DNA of 64,000 bases from Bdellovibrionota bacterium (GTDB lineage: Bacteria; Bdellovibrionota; Bdellovibrionia; Bdellovibrionales; Bdellovibrionaceae), in assembly GCA_963170155.1 (NCBI GenBank), contig CAUJGP010000037.1:25552-89551 (forward strand), written 5' to 3'. The position numbers and the translations under genes are program-made. The notes beneath the pieces are model-generated. The model was not told the DNA's origin. It ran no database searches and was given only the letters and a program-made list of their open reading frames with translations. How positions within the stretch are numbered: position 1 is the stretch's first letter; each line of letters opens with the position of its first letter. Positions 7,975-17,228 of this stretch are shown piece by piece.

Positions 7975-9483
7975 ATGTTTTATCATTATAAAAAGAATTA
8001 TTTACGCTTTAGGTTGAATATCCATTTGATGAGGTCTTTTACGCCTTTTCTTCTTTTCTCATGGGTGATGAGTTATGGATTGGTTTCTCCAGCAGGTGAT
8101 GTGGCAAATTTATCGATTGATGGTGAAATCATTACGAATATTTGCGCTGATCAAAGAGGTAAACCATATAAAAGCTATTCTGGGTTTGGATTTGATAAAA
8201 ATGGAAAGTTTTATGGTTTAAAAGGTTCTTCTTGGAATTTAATTCCCTTAACTCAAGATCTCGTTGTCAAATCTTCCAAATCTGAAGTGGAAGGCCAAGA
8301 AGGGGCTTTCATTATTGATAAAGAAAAAACAGTCTATAATTTTTTTCAAAAAACAGGAATTACTGAAGAGAATTGTTCTCCATCAGAGGGGTCGCCAAGC
8401 CATCAAGTCAATCACACACAAAAGAATTCCAATTCTAGTGGTGGACAGGGTGGAAAAAAAGATGATTCTTCTTGTAAGATTGCTGGATTGGCAGACAGCT
8501 ATGTTTTAGCCATGAGTTGGCAACCTGCTTTTTGTTTATCAAAGCAAGGTAAAGAGGGTCAGCCAGGAAAGCCAGAATGTGGTGATGCGGATATTACATC
8601 TCCAGAAAGTCAATCGTCTAATAATTTTAGTTTGCATGGACTCTGGCCCAATAAAGAGGGCTGTGGCGTTGAGTATGGTTTTTGTGGCAAGGCTCATAAA
8701 CAACAAGCATTTTCATCTTATCCTGCCGTCGTTTTGACGGAGGATACTTTTAAATTCCTTGAGCCATTAATGCCTTCTTTGAAAGCGAAAAGCTATCTCG
8801 AGCGTCACGAGTGGCATAAACATGGAACCTGTCATCAAAAACTTACAGAAGTTACAAATTCGAATCTGACTTCAGAAGAGAGAGAACAACAAGAAAAAGA
8901 TATTGAAAGCCAGGCCGCAAGCCGCTATTTCAATTTGGCAGGCAAGCTTGTGAATGAATTCAACAGTTATAAGTTTATGGATCTCTTCCGAGAGGGTAAA
9001 AGAGACGGCAAGATTGATTTTAATACGTTAAAAGGTGAAATTGATTCTGAACAAGGGTTAGGTCCAGGAACCTCTCAGAGTTTGATTTTTATTTGTAAAA
9101 AATCACCTAAAACAAATAATGAACCTTATTTAGTGGAGATTCAGGTTAACTTAATAAAAGATCTCGATGAAAACTCAACTCTTAAAGATTCTATCGATCG
9201 CACAAAAAGAGGATATAATCGAGGCTGTGTTAAGAAGCAAAAAATCAGTCGAGATGAGAGTTTACAGCAGGACAACGCAACCACGGGTAATGGTACATAT
9301 TCACTGGATCTGCAACATAAATCATCTCAGCAAATTCATATTGTTCCTTATCCCAGAGTGGATCAGCCATCCCACGAAGAGGGCCCTCTGAATAGAAAAG
9401 AATTGTCACGGCCTGAACAACCCACAGGAGAGATTGTTGCTCCGCCGATTCCTGATTCAGCATTGCAACCTCTGGCAAGCTGA
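7975..9483 (+). CDS. Secreted ribonuclease T2 family protein with N- and C-terminal extensions
   Basis: Both catalytic signatures are present: FSLHGLWPN (CAS I) and HEWHKHGTCH (CAS II), plus YVLAMSWQPAFC. ATG 7975 lies 6 nt after TGGAG. The hydrophobic N-terminus allows an alternative start at ATG 8029. Confidence 0.8.
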   Translation: MFYHYKKNYLRFRLNIHLMRSFTPFLLFSWVMSYGLVSPAGDVANLSIDGEIITNICADQRGKPYKSYSGFGFDKNGKFYGLKGSSWNLIPLTQDLVVKSSKSEVEGQEGAFIIDKEKTVYNFFQKTGITEENCSPSEGSPSHQVNHTQKNSNSSGGQGGKKDDSSCKIAGLADSYVLAMSWQPAFCLSKQGKEGQPGKPECGDADITSPESQSSNNFSLHGLWPNKEGCGVEYGFCGKAHKQQAFSSYPAVVLTEDTFKFLEPLMPSLKAKSYLERHEWHKHGTCHQKLTEVTNSNLTSEEREQQEKDIESQAASRYFNLAGKLVNEFNSYKFMDLFREGKRDGKIDFNTLKGEIDSEQGLGPGTSQSLIFICKKSPKTNNEPYLVEIQVNLIKDLDENSTLKDSIDRTKRGYNRGCVKKQKISRDESLQQDNATTGNGTYSLDLQHKSSQQIHIVPYPRVDQPSHEEGPLNRKELSRPEQPTGEIVAPPIPDSALQPLAS

Positions 9484-9546
9484 TCGGTGTCGTAAAATTG
9501 AAAATAGATTTCGTTGTCTTATGATTTAAATCTATTTTCACTCGTT

Positions 9547-10230
9547 TTATGTGGTTTCATCAATAAGGAGTTTAATCTCAGTTTCCATTTTTTGATGGCG
9601 ATCAATTTCATTGTTCCAGCGCGCCGATTCTTTTTCATAGGATTTCTTTTTTGTTTTCCAAGGAGCCGTTTCTTTTTTTAGCGTGTCAATGCGTTGATCT
9701 ATGGTTTTGGCTTCTAAGGCAAGGGTTTGTTGTAGATCCTCTCCCTCTTTTTGTGATTTTTCAATAGTAGAACGATCGAGAGCTAATTTGTCGATGCGCT
9801 CTTGGCGTGTGAGCTGAAGGGCTTGAAGTTGAGCAAGGGTTTTTTCCAGTTGTTGAATTTTTTGCAGATCGGCTTGTTTTTTCTTTTCTTCCTCTTGGCG
9901 GCTTCGGTCAATCTCTTGTATTTTTTTAGAATGTAAATTTAAAGTTTTTTTATTCTCTTGAATTTGTTGTTGTAATTTCTTTTTATTGGCGTTGAGGCCT
10001 GTGGCAGCCGAATCAAGTGTCACCACATTCTGATTGATTTGTTCGATTGCCTTATTGTATTCATTCCGGTTTTTTGTGCTGATATCAATGTTATCAGAGA
10101 GTTTTTTCAAGCCTTCTTCAGGTGAAAGGTCTGCCGCCAAGCCGAAGTGAGTTAACCCCACCGTTGTAAGGATCGTAGCAAAAAAACTAAGTATTCTTGT
10201 GAGGCTTAATTTTGTTGTTTGAGTTGTCAT
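9547..10230 (-). CDS. Secreted coiled-coil protein, last gene of the Glt-like cluster
   Basis: Signal-like N-terminus (ILSFFATILTTVGLTHFGLAA) followed by ~180 aa of heptad-like K/E/Q-rich sequence. Confidence 0.55.
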   Translation of the reverse strand: MTTQTTKLSLTRILSFFATILTTVGLTHFGLAADLSPEEGLKKLSDNIDISTKNRNEYNKAIEQINQNVVTLDSAATGLNANKKKLQQQIQENKKTLNLHSKKIQEIDRSRQEEEKKKQADLQKIQQLEKTLAQLQALQLTRQERIDKLALDRSTIEKSQKEGEDLQQTLALEAKTIDQRIDTLKKETAPWKTKKKSYEKESARWNNEIDRHQKMETEIKLLIDETT

Positions 10231-10303
10231 CCGTAGTCTCCTTAATTAAGTAAGATAAATAATATTTTTATAAATTGTATTTGAACTCCATGAGAGCTTC
10301 TTG

Positions 10304-12454
10304 TCAGAGGCTCTCTCCGCTTTGGGCCACGTCTGATGGTGTTTTTCCGGATTTCTGGCCAGCATTGACTTGAGCCGCATTGTCTTCGGGGCAGACATTT
10401 TTAAGCGAGGATCGATAATGCCCGACTTCATCTTCCCAAATTTCTCCGTCAAAAGCCCATTGCAAAGATTTATCATCTTTTTTAAAAGCGCTGGCGGGAG
10501 ATCGAGAATCTTTTTTGGGAGAAGCTGTCGCCATTTGATAGCGAAGATGCTCTCCTGCTCCATTATGAATTTCGTAATAAAGAAGTTCACTTTGATCTAA
10601 CCAATGAGCAAGATCCGTTTCAAGGTTTTGAAAGCTTGTTTGAAGCGCTTTGTTTTGCCCACTTTTAAGATTGTTTTTACTCTGATTCCAGATCGGAGCG
10701 AAAGACGCAACTTCAGCAGAGAGCCCCTTTTTCGACTCTTGCAAAATTTGTCTTAGTAATGAGAGCCGCTTGAGGTGGCGCTCAAAGCCATTTTTTTCTG
10801 CGATGAGAGATTCTTTTTTAGTAAGATTATTGGATTGAGCGATATGGGTTTCTAAATCTTTTAAAAGTTGAGAGTATTTTTTTTGGCTTTGAAGAAATTT
10901 TTGATCAACGGTTTCCACTTTCGCCATCAGTTGATTCATCTTTAAAGCATCATCTTCTATTTCATTGAGCTGTCTTTGAAGTTCAATGAATTTAGGATCG
11001 CGAGCGATTTCTACGAGAAGGGACCTTGGCAAACCCATAAAACTTTTTGGTGACCCGGCTTTTAAAAAATCTCGGACAACATCGAGGTGACTCGCATTGG
11101 CTTTTTTATAGCTTTGTATTTGATTTTGAGCGTATTTGTATTTGCGAAGAAAATCTTTCAACACAGAAAGAGCATCACCGTATTGACACAATTGCAAATA
11201 ACTGACCGTTCTAACGATATAAGATTCTGGCTTATAAGCACCTTTAAAATAAGTGGTGTGAAGAGAGAACATGTTACCCGCAGCACCTTCAAAATCTTTC
11301 ATTAAAATTTGACTCCAGGCGGATTCGACCAGAGATTCCAGCCAGAGAGGATGTTCTTGGTCTATTTGCCGATAAGTTTCGAAAGCTTTTTTATATTCTC
11401 CTTGTTGAAAATAAATTTGCCCTAGAGTTGAGGCGGTGAGTGATTTTAATTCTTTGCTATCGGCTTTGCTCCCTTGAATTTGTTGAAATTTTTGGAGAAG
11501 GGACTCCAGCTCTGTTCTTGCTTCGTTCACATTGTTGGAGCGATACATGATCATGGCCTTTAAAAATGAGGCTTCGTTAGCTTGTTCGCTGTTGTTGGGA
11601 ACGCGAGCGAGAGTGTTCCATGCGGAATCAAGATCCTTTTTTTGAATGAACTCCCGAGCTAAAGACAAAGGAAGGGCTTTTAAATCTTTGTCTTCAAGTT
11701 TTATTTTCTTCGTGTGGTTTGACAGGATTTGCGCATCAGCATAATCATTAGGCTTAAGAGATTTCAATGCATTGATGAGGCTGCGTTGAGCGCGTGGGCT
11801 TTCTTTTTCTAGCGTCAATACTTTTTTATAATGCTCTTGAGAGGCTGTTCGAATATTCAGTTGTGCGAATCCTGTCCCAAGGATTTCATGGGCTGCCGGG
11901 CGCGTTTCCTTCGAATTTAAAAGTAAGTTTGCCAAGCCGGCGGCAATGGGTGTGGTTTCTGTTGATTTTAACAAGACAAGAGATTCCAAAATACGGAACT
12001 CTCCATCTGTAAAGCTATCCATACTTCGGGGTTTGATGTCGATGTCTACAAAATTCGGTGCGCTCCATTGCGGCGAGAGTCGTGGGTCTGTCACTCCAAT
12101 CCACTGAATGCGAAGTGTGTGTCGAACAAGAGGAGATAACTTTACAGCGAGGTCGCTGGCAGGGATTTGGGGTGAAAGTGGAGATGGCCCAGAAACAAGC
12201 TCAGGAAGTTTGAGCCGAAGTCTTTCAACAGGAGTGATGTTTTCTGGTTTAGAAACAGACTCAACAGCAGGGATAGCAACGGGAGAGAGAGATTTAATGG
12301 AAAAAACCTTCCCTTTGACATTGACCTTGGGTGTGTTGTCTATTTTTTTCTGAACTCGTTTTGTTTTAGGTGCATCCACTTTTCCCTCTGATGAAAGAGG
12401 CAAAGCGCACGAAAGTAAAATCAAAAAAATGAGATATGGATTCCTCATGATCAC
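10304..12454 (-). CDS. TPR-repeat periplasmic/outer-membrane-associated protein (GltC/GltE-like)
   Basis: Signal peptide with LLSCALP, TPR-like helical repeats (EYKKAFETYRQI, EASFLKAMIMYRSNN), and a 4-nt overlap with the upstream beta-barrel gene. Confidence 0.55.
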   Translation of the reverse strand: MIMRNPYLIFLILLSCALPLSSEGKVDAPKTKRVQKKIDNTPKVNVKGKVFSIKSLSPVAIPAVESVSKPENITPVERLRLKLPELVSGPSPLSPQIPASDLAVKLSPLVRHTLRIQWIGVTDPRLSPQWSAPNFVDIDIKPRSMDSFTDGEFRILESLVLLKSTETTPIAAGLANLLLNSKETRPAAHEILGTGFAQLNIRTASQEHYKKVLTLEKESPRAQRSLINALKSLKPNDYADAQILSNHTKKIKLEDKDLKALPLSLAREFIQKKDLDSAWNTLARVPNNSEQANEASFLKAMIMYRSNNVNEARTELESLLQKFQQIQGSKADSKELKSLTASTLGQIYFQQGEYKKAFETYRQIDQEHPLWLESLVESAWSQILMKDFEGAAGNMFSLHTTYFKGAYKPESYIVRTVSYLQLCQYGDALSVLKDFLRKYKYAQNQIQSYKKANASHLDVVRDFLKAGSPKSFMGLPRSLLVEIARDPKFIELQRQLNEIEDDALKMNQLMAKVETVDQKFLQSQKKYSQLLKDLETHIAQSNNLTKKESLIAEKNGFERHLKRLSLLRQILQESKKGLSAEVASFAPIWNQSKNNLKSGQNKALQTSFQNLETDLAHWLDQSELLYYEIHNGAGEHLRYQMATASPKKDSRSPASAFKKDDKSLQWAFDGEIWEDEVGHYRSSLKNVCPEDNAAQVNAGQKSGKTPSDVAQSGESL

Positions 12455-13365
12455 TTCCTTTTATCAAAAAAGTAATTGATGCCAAGCAACCATGCATTGT
12501 CTTGGAATTGAGTGGTACCGATGCTGGTAGATGCTCCACTGCCTTGATCGCGGTAGGTTTTTTGTTCTTGTGCTGTCCAGGTGTTGCGGATGTCAAAACG
12601 AATGGCAAAGTTTTTATTTAGAAACCAGAGTTGACTGATATCGAATCCGTAGTGGCTGGCTTTTTTGGTTTCTCCACCCGCTTCTGTCATTATTTTGTAT
12701 CCGGTTTGGCCAATATGAACTCCTAAGGCGACATCCAGATAAAGTATTTTTTTCTCAAGAAGACTGACTTTGGCATAGATGGGAGACCAAAAGTATCTCA
12801 AAGACGTCGTATTAAGGATGGAGTTGTAGGCTGGTTTTGTTCCGTTTTTATCTAAAAATTGTTTCGTGACGGAGTTGTCTTGAACGAGATAGTCCGTGTG
12901 ATCCAGATTAATGCCATTTTTTTCATTGAAGAAATAGCCCAGAGAAATGGAATTGGGCGAGCCTTCAATGAAACCATCGTTGACGATTTTTCCAGTCATC
13001 AAGCTCAAATAAAATTTGTTGCTCTTCGTGAAATTTCGATTTTGAACCACGGTGAAGTCATCGTCCTTTGCTGACCAATATTTTTTTTCTAATCCTTCGA
13101 CATCAATTTTGTCCGATGCTTCTGGAGCTGTTTCAGGAGTGGCGTGTAGAGCGGGGTCATTGGTTGGTTTCGTGTCAGAAGTGTTTAATGAAGGTGTTGT
13201 ATTCTTGTTTTTTTTCGAAGGAGTTTGTGCCAAAGATTCAGAATTGGTCAAAAACAAAAAACAAAAAACAAAAATGGAATAGGCCAAGAGTGTTGATGTA
13301 ACTTTGGCCATCTTGCGGTAAATGGTGTCCACTTTATTTTTTAGTTGTTGCTTTGTATTTTCCAT
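12451..13365 (-). CDS. Outer-membrane beta-barrel protein of the myxobacterial GltA/GltB type
   Basis: Signal sequence, then VVQNRNFTKSNKFYLSL...LGYFFNE...RYFWSPIYAKVSL...WLLGINYFF: alternating beta-strand pattern with a terminal aromatic residue. GGAG lies 9 nt upstream of ATG 13365. Confidence 0.6.
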   Translation of the reverse strand: MENTKQQLKNKVDTIYRKMAKVTSTLLAYSIFVFCFLFLTNSESLAQTPSKKNKNTTPSLNTSDTKPTNDPALHATPETAPEASDKIDVEGLEKKYWSAKDDDFTVVQNRNFTKSNKFYLSLMTGKIVNDGFIEGSPNSISLGYFFNEKNGINLDHTDYLVQDNSVTKQFLDKNGTKPAYNSILNTTSLRYFWSPIYAKVSLLEKKILYLDVALGVHIGQTGYKIMTEAGGETKKASHYGFDISQLWFLNKNFAIRFDIRNTWTAQEQKTYRDQGSGASTSIGTTQFQDNAWLLGINYFFDKRK

Positions 13366-13426
13366 CGTTTTTGCTCCACTTCCTATTTCAACTTGATTGA
13401 GGCTTGTTTCACTCAGTTTATTGCAT

Positions 13427-14845
13427 CTAATTTAAACTTTTGAAGACAAAAGGATAACTCACGATCACTTTCACTCCACCGGCTGGTTTCGGGAATTTCC
13501 ACTGGGAAATCAACTGAAGTAAACAAGATTCGACACTATCATTCCCTAGAGTTGTTTCAGAGATATTGTACGTATCCACTTCTCCTCCGGCGGCAATTTG
13601 GAATTTCACAGAGACTTTCCCGAAGAGCCCGGGGTTGGCGCTCAATTGTCTTTCATAGCAAAAAAGAATTTTACCTTTTTGGCTTTGAATGTATTTAGCG
13701 ATAACTTCTCGATCCAGCCCTCCACTGACTTCACTCTCTTTGTGGAGAAGACCCAAGTCGCCTTGACCAACATTTCCCTGTGAAATTTGCCCTAAACCGT
13801 TTCCTCCAACTCCCGTCCCCATCGGACCGCCGAGGCCCCCGCCTCCTTCTTTGCCCAGTCCTTTTGTAAACTGACTCGGTTGAAGACCTGTCCCTGTGCC
13901 AAGACTTCCTAAGGCTTTGAATGTGGAAGCTGTCGTTTGTGTTGGCTGGGTGGTGGGAGTGATGCTGATGGTTTTAGGTCCGGTTCCAACTGCAATATTT
14001 TTTAAAGAGCGTTTTCCAATGGCTGAAAAAACTTGTCCCAGAGCTTTTTTTGTTGTGGATTTTTGGCTGTTCTGAGATTTCGGAACATTGGTTTGAGCGA
14101 GCGCTTTTGCTACGGCATTTTTAGGGGGTTGTGGCTTTTTAGGTTGTAAATGAATCACTGTTGAGTCGGTGGTGTTTTTTGCAACACCGATGGCTTCTGT
14201 GGTTTTTTTCGAATATAAGAGTGGAAGGAGCCCTGTAAGCAAACAAGCAATGAAGGCTCCCAGTAAATAGGGACGAGTTGAGCGGTCCAGAAGAACTTTA
14301 AAAGATCCTGTTTGAAAATTTTTTGTTTCGGGAGCTACTGTTAACTTGTAGCTTAAGGTAATGCCGTCGCTATGCAGGTCTTGCCACTCAGCAGACGGTG
14401 ACAAGAGAAGAGTTTTTTTATTGTGAGGCCAGCATAAACCCTTACCCATTTCAGTGAACTCGCTGTACCACACTCGATTGTTCCTTCTCCACACCAGCCA
14501 TATCTTGGGCTGGTGAAAAGATGATTTTAATTCGTTGCTTGTTTTATCAAAAAGCTGCACTTGTTTATCGAAAGGGAGAAGGTGGAGCTCGCTCTCTGCC
14601 AAGGGGATGACAGTGGGTCCTTCAATGGGGATGAAACGTCCTGGAGCGTTTTCTTCAGGTTTGGTTAAGTGAGTGTAAGACCACGCTCCATTATTGAACT
14701 GAAAAACGCCAGCAATGCCAGACACTGTTGAGTCCAACCTTAAATCAGCGTGTTTAGAACATCCTAAACTGTAAACTTTACGCCCCGATTCGAGCTTCCA
14801 CGTTTTTTTGAAATTTTTCTTTTTATGTTCAACGCGCAAATACAT
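13427..14845 (-). CDS. AgmX/PglI-like (GltJ/GltG-like) bitopic protein with TonB-C-like C-terminal domain
   Basis: Central TM helix (LLGAFIACLLTGLLPLLY), P/T/G-rich linker, and C-terminal REVIAKYIQSQKGKILFCYERQL...GKVSVKFQIAAGGEV...CLLQLISQWKFPKP...YPFVF, which resembles the AgmX/PglI C-terminal domain. Confidence 0.6.
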   Translation of the reverse strand: MYLRVEHKKKNFKKTWKLESGRKVYSLGCSKHADLRLDSTVSGIAGVFQFNNGAWSYTHLTKPEENAPGRFIPIEGPTVIPLAESELHLLPFDKQVQLFDKTSNELKSSFHQPKIWLVWRRNNRVWYSEFTEMGKGLCWPHNKKTLLLSPSAEWQDLHSDGITLSYKLTVAPETKNFQTGSFKVLLDRSTRPYLLGAFIACLLTGLLPLLYSKKTTEAIGVAKNTTDSTVIHLQPKKPQPPKNAVAKALAQTNVPKSQNSQKSTTKKALGQVFSAIGKRSLKNIAVGTGPKTISITPTTQPTQTTASTFKALGSLGTGTGLQPSQFTKGLGKEGGGGLGGPMGTGVGGNGLGQISQGNVGQGDLGLLHKESEVSGGLDREVIAKYIQSQKGKILFCYERQLSANPGLFGKVSVKFQIAAGGEVDTYNISETTLGNDSVESCLLQLISQWKFPKPAGGVKVIVSYPFVFKSLN

Positions 14846-14860
14846 GTTGTTTACCTACGA

Positions 14861-15118
14861 TTACTTTAAGTAGTTGGTGGATTTTCTTATTTTACCATCT
14901 AGATTCTTTTTAACTTCATAGAGGGGGAGGAATCTTAAACCTCTTCTTTGTACTAAATAAGCGCCATCCGGTGTTCGAGCAGAACCCTGAATATCCATCT
15001 CGCTAAAATTGATTTCTTGGTATTTTTTTTTATTCGCTAAGGCTGGGTGAAAGTAAAAAAAGGCAAGTAGAAATACAGTGAGCATTGTCAGATTCACGGA
15101 AGTTTTATTTTTGCTCAT
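14861..15118 (-). CDS. Small secreted/membrane protein, first gene of the Glt-like cluster
   Basis: 85 aa with a hydrophobic N-terminus (LTMLTVFLLAFFYFHPALA). Lies 15 nt upstream of the AgmX-like gene on the same strand. Confidence 0.5.
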   Translation of the reverse strand: MSKNKTSVNLTMLTVFLLAFFYFHPALANKKKYQEINFSEMDIQGSARTPDGAYLVQRRGLRFLPLYEVKKNLDGKIRKSTNYLK

Positions 15119-15575
15119 TATCGTGCTCTCCTTGTTAAAATCATAAGATGTTATGTTTTTGAGTCTAAGTATTGCAAACGAGCCTTAATAGTTATTGTGT
15201 AAAGTCTAAAACTTGGGATCTCTGACTGTTAAACTTCTTCACAACTGAGTATAGCATTAGGCAATGGGAACGTTTCAATAGAGGGTCTCATTTTAAGACG
15301 CTAATTTTTATCGAATTCCGGAATCTTTTTAGAGATTTAAAAAGTGTTAAACTTTTAAACGCGCGTTTAAATAAAATTGATGAACCTTTAACCGCTCTTT
15401 TCGTGTCATAAGTTTGAGCTTGCAGATAAAATTGAGGAGTACGCCCCAGAGAATTCGAACCCTCCATGGAATCAATGAGGATATCGGAGTTCTCTGTCAT
15501 CTTTTGCTAAACATCATTTCAGTGGACAAATGGCATTGGCAGTGATGTTATGGGTTATGAATTTCCGCTTAGCAG

Positions 15576-16886
15576 ATGAAGGTTTTTGTGGCTACATTGA
15601 ATGTGTATGAGTTGCAACAACTCGTAGCAACGTTGAAATCTTATGCGATGGGTGCGCAATTGCAGGATATCGCTCTGAATAAGAACTATTTACTCCTCCA
15701 GCACCACCTTAAAGGGCCATTGACAGTGGGCCTGGAGATTCGGCCTTTGCGGCCACGTTTGGGCTATTTTTTTGGAGAAATTCCAAAGTCAAAATATTTA
15801 GTGAAACCGATTGTTCTTTTTTTAAGAGCTCATGCGAAAAATCTACGATTAGTCGACATCACTATGGATCTTCATTGGGGACGAGTGGTTCAGTTTTTGT
15901 ACTCAGGCTCAGAAGGACGGGAGTGTCATATTGAGTTCCGATCTATTCCCCATGGAGTTAACATTATTATCAAGGCGCAAGGAAAATCGATCTCTCTTTT
16001 TCCCGTGAAAGAACTGGTTCCATCTCAGTTTTCGCTCGACGGAACAGAAGCTCCTTTTGATGAGAATGTTTACCTTGATGAGTGGATGAATGCCTTTTTA
16101 GGCAAGGCCACTCCGCAGAGTCCCGTTTCGTTGATTGAAGAGCAGGAGAAGAAAAGAAAAAAAGAAATCCACAAAAAAGAAATGTTGATTGAAAAATTAA
16201 CTCAGGACTTGTCGAGTTTTAATAAACCTTGGTTGCAGGTCGGCGAATATTTGAAATCTCAGCAAACTTTGGAGGTCCCTGACGATTGGTCTACCCTCAT
16301 TGATGTGAATCTTTCTCTGAGCTCCAATATGCAAATATGTTTTGCTCAATATAAGAAGCAAGAGGAGCGTCGGGAGCAGGTTGTTGGGCGGTTGCATCAA
16401 TTGCAATTGGAAATCCAAGGGCTCCAGCAATCCTTTGAAAAAGAGGGGGTGGAGCCATCATTAAATTTAAATTATTTATCACCCCCTTCCGTTCGCTCTT
16501 TGGCGGGTGAGTTGCTTTCTAAAGCCAAGGCTCGCGGGCGAAAGTTGAAATTAGCTGACGAGATCGAAGCGGTGTTTGGCAAGTCCGCCAAAGACAATCT
16601 GGCTATTTTGAGAAAAGCTCAAGCTTGGGATCTATGGCTACATTTAAAAGATTTGCCAGGGGCGCATTTGATCATTCGTCGCCCTAAACATAAATCAGTC
16701 GATCAAACTTATTTATTAGAAGCGGCAAGATGGCTGCTCAACGAGACATTAGGAAAAAAGAAAGTCATCGAGGGGGATCGCTACGAGATTTTAGTGGCGG
16801 AGTGTCGTTATGTGAAACCGATTAAAGGGGATCGCTTGGGGCGCGTAAGTTATCAAAACGAAAAAAGTTTACGATTGAGAGTCTAA
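15576..16886 (+). CDS. NFACT-family / DUF814 domain protein (RqcH/FbpA-related)
   Basis: C-terminal DLPGAHLIIRRPK...LLEAARWLL motif is typical of the NFACT-R (DUF814) domain, with a coiled-coil middle region. Confidence 0.65.
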   Translation: MKVFVATLNVYELQQLVATLKSYAMGAQLQDIALNKNYLLLQHHLKGPLTVGLEIRPLRPRLGYFFGEIPKSKYLVKPIVLFLRAHAKNLRLVDITMDLHWGRVVQFLYSGSEGRECHIEFRSIPHGVNIIIKAQGKSISLFPVKELVPSQFSLDGTEAPFDENVYLDEWMNAFLGKATPQSPVSLIEEQEKKRKKEIHKKEMLIEKLTQDLSSFNKPWLQVGEYLKSQQTLEVPDDWSTLIDVNLSLSSNMQICFAQYKKQEERREQVVGRLHQLQLEIQGLQQSFEKEGVEPSLNLNYLSPPSVRSLAGELLSKAKARGRKLKLADEIEAVFGKSAKDNLAILRKAQAWDLWLHLKDLPGAHLIIRRPKHKSVDQTYLLEAARWLLNETLGKKKVIEGDRYEILVAECRYVKPIKGDRLGRVSYQNEKSLRLRV

Positions 16887-17044
16887 TGGGGCTAATATGG
16901 CGAAGTTGAGGACTGTTTTGTTGTCTCACATCTTCAATTGCATTATGGGTCCCTTTTAAATATTCACCTTCATTCTAAGCGATGATTTTATGAGAAGAGC
17001 CGTGCCCAATGAATCTGCTTAAAAATTGAATAGAACTTCCCCTC

Positions 17045-17073
17045 TTGACTGTTGTGCAAAGTCATCTCAAAAT
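17045..17073 (+). promoter_or_regulatory. Candidate sigma70-type promoter for the ABC operon
   Basis: TTGACT, 17-nt spacer, CAAAAT. It would give a ~150-nt leader before ATG 17229. Pattern match only. Confidence 0.3.
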
Positions 17074-17228
17074 CGACTCGTGAGTTGGCGACACCCCAAA
17101 AAGTTTCGCCACAGCGATTTATGAATCTGTGTCGCGAAATTGAAAGTAAAAAAGAGATGAGTTGTGATTGAGAAGGACAAACTCAGATCACAGAACGGCA
17201 AAGAGACAAAGAAAAGAAAGGTTGAGTT

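Noticed and set aside
10246-10590. 114-aa ORF overlapping the 3' end of the TPR gene
   Set aside because: It is an alternative frame of the longer TPR CDS, with no independent signal.
15288-15500. 70-aa minus-strand ORF in the long spacer
   Set aside because: No RBS, low-complexity K/S/L-rich sequence, and no recognisable motif. It is left uncalled.
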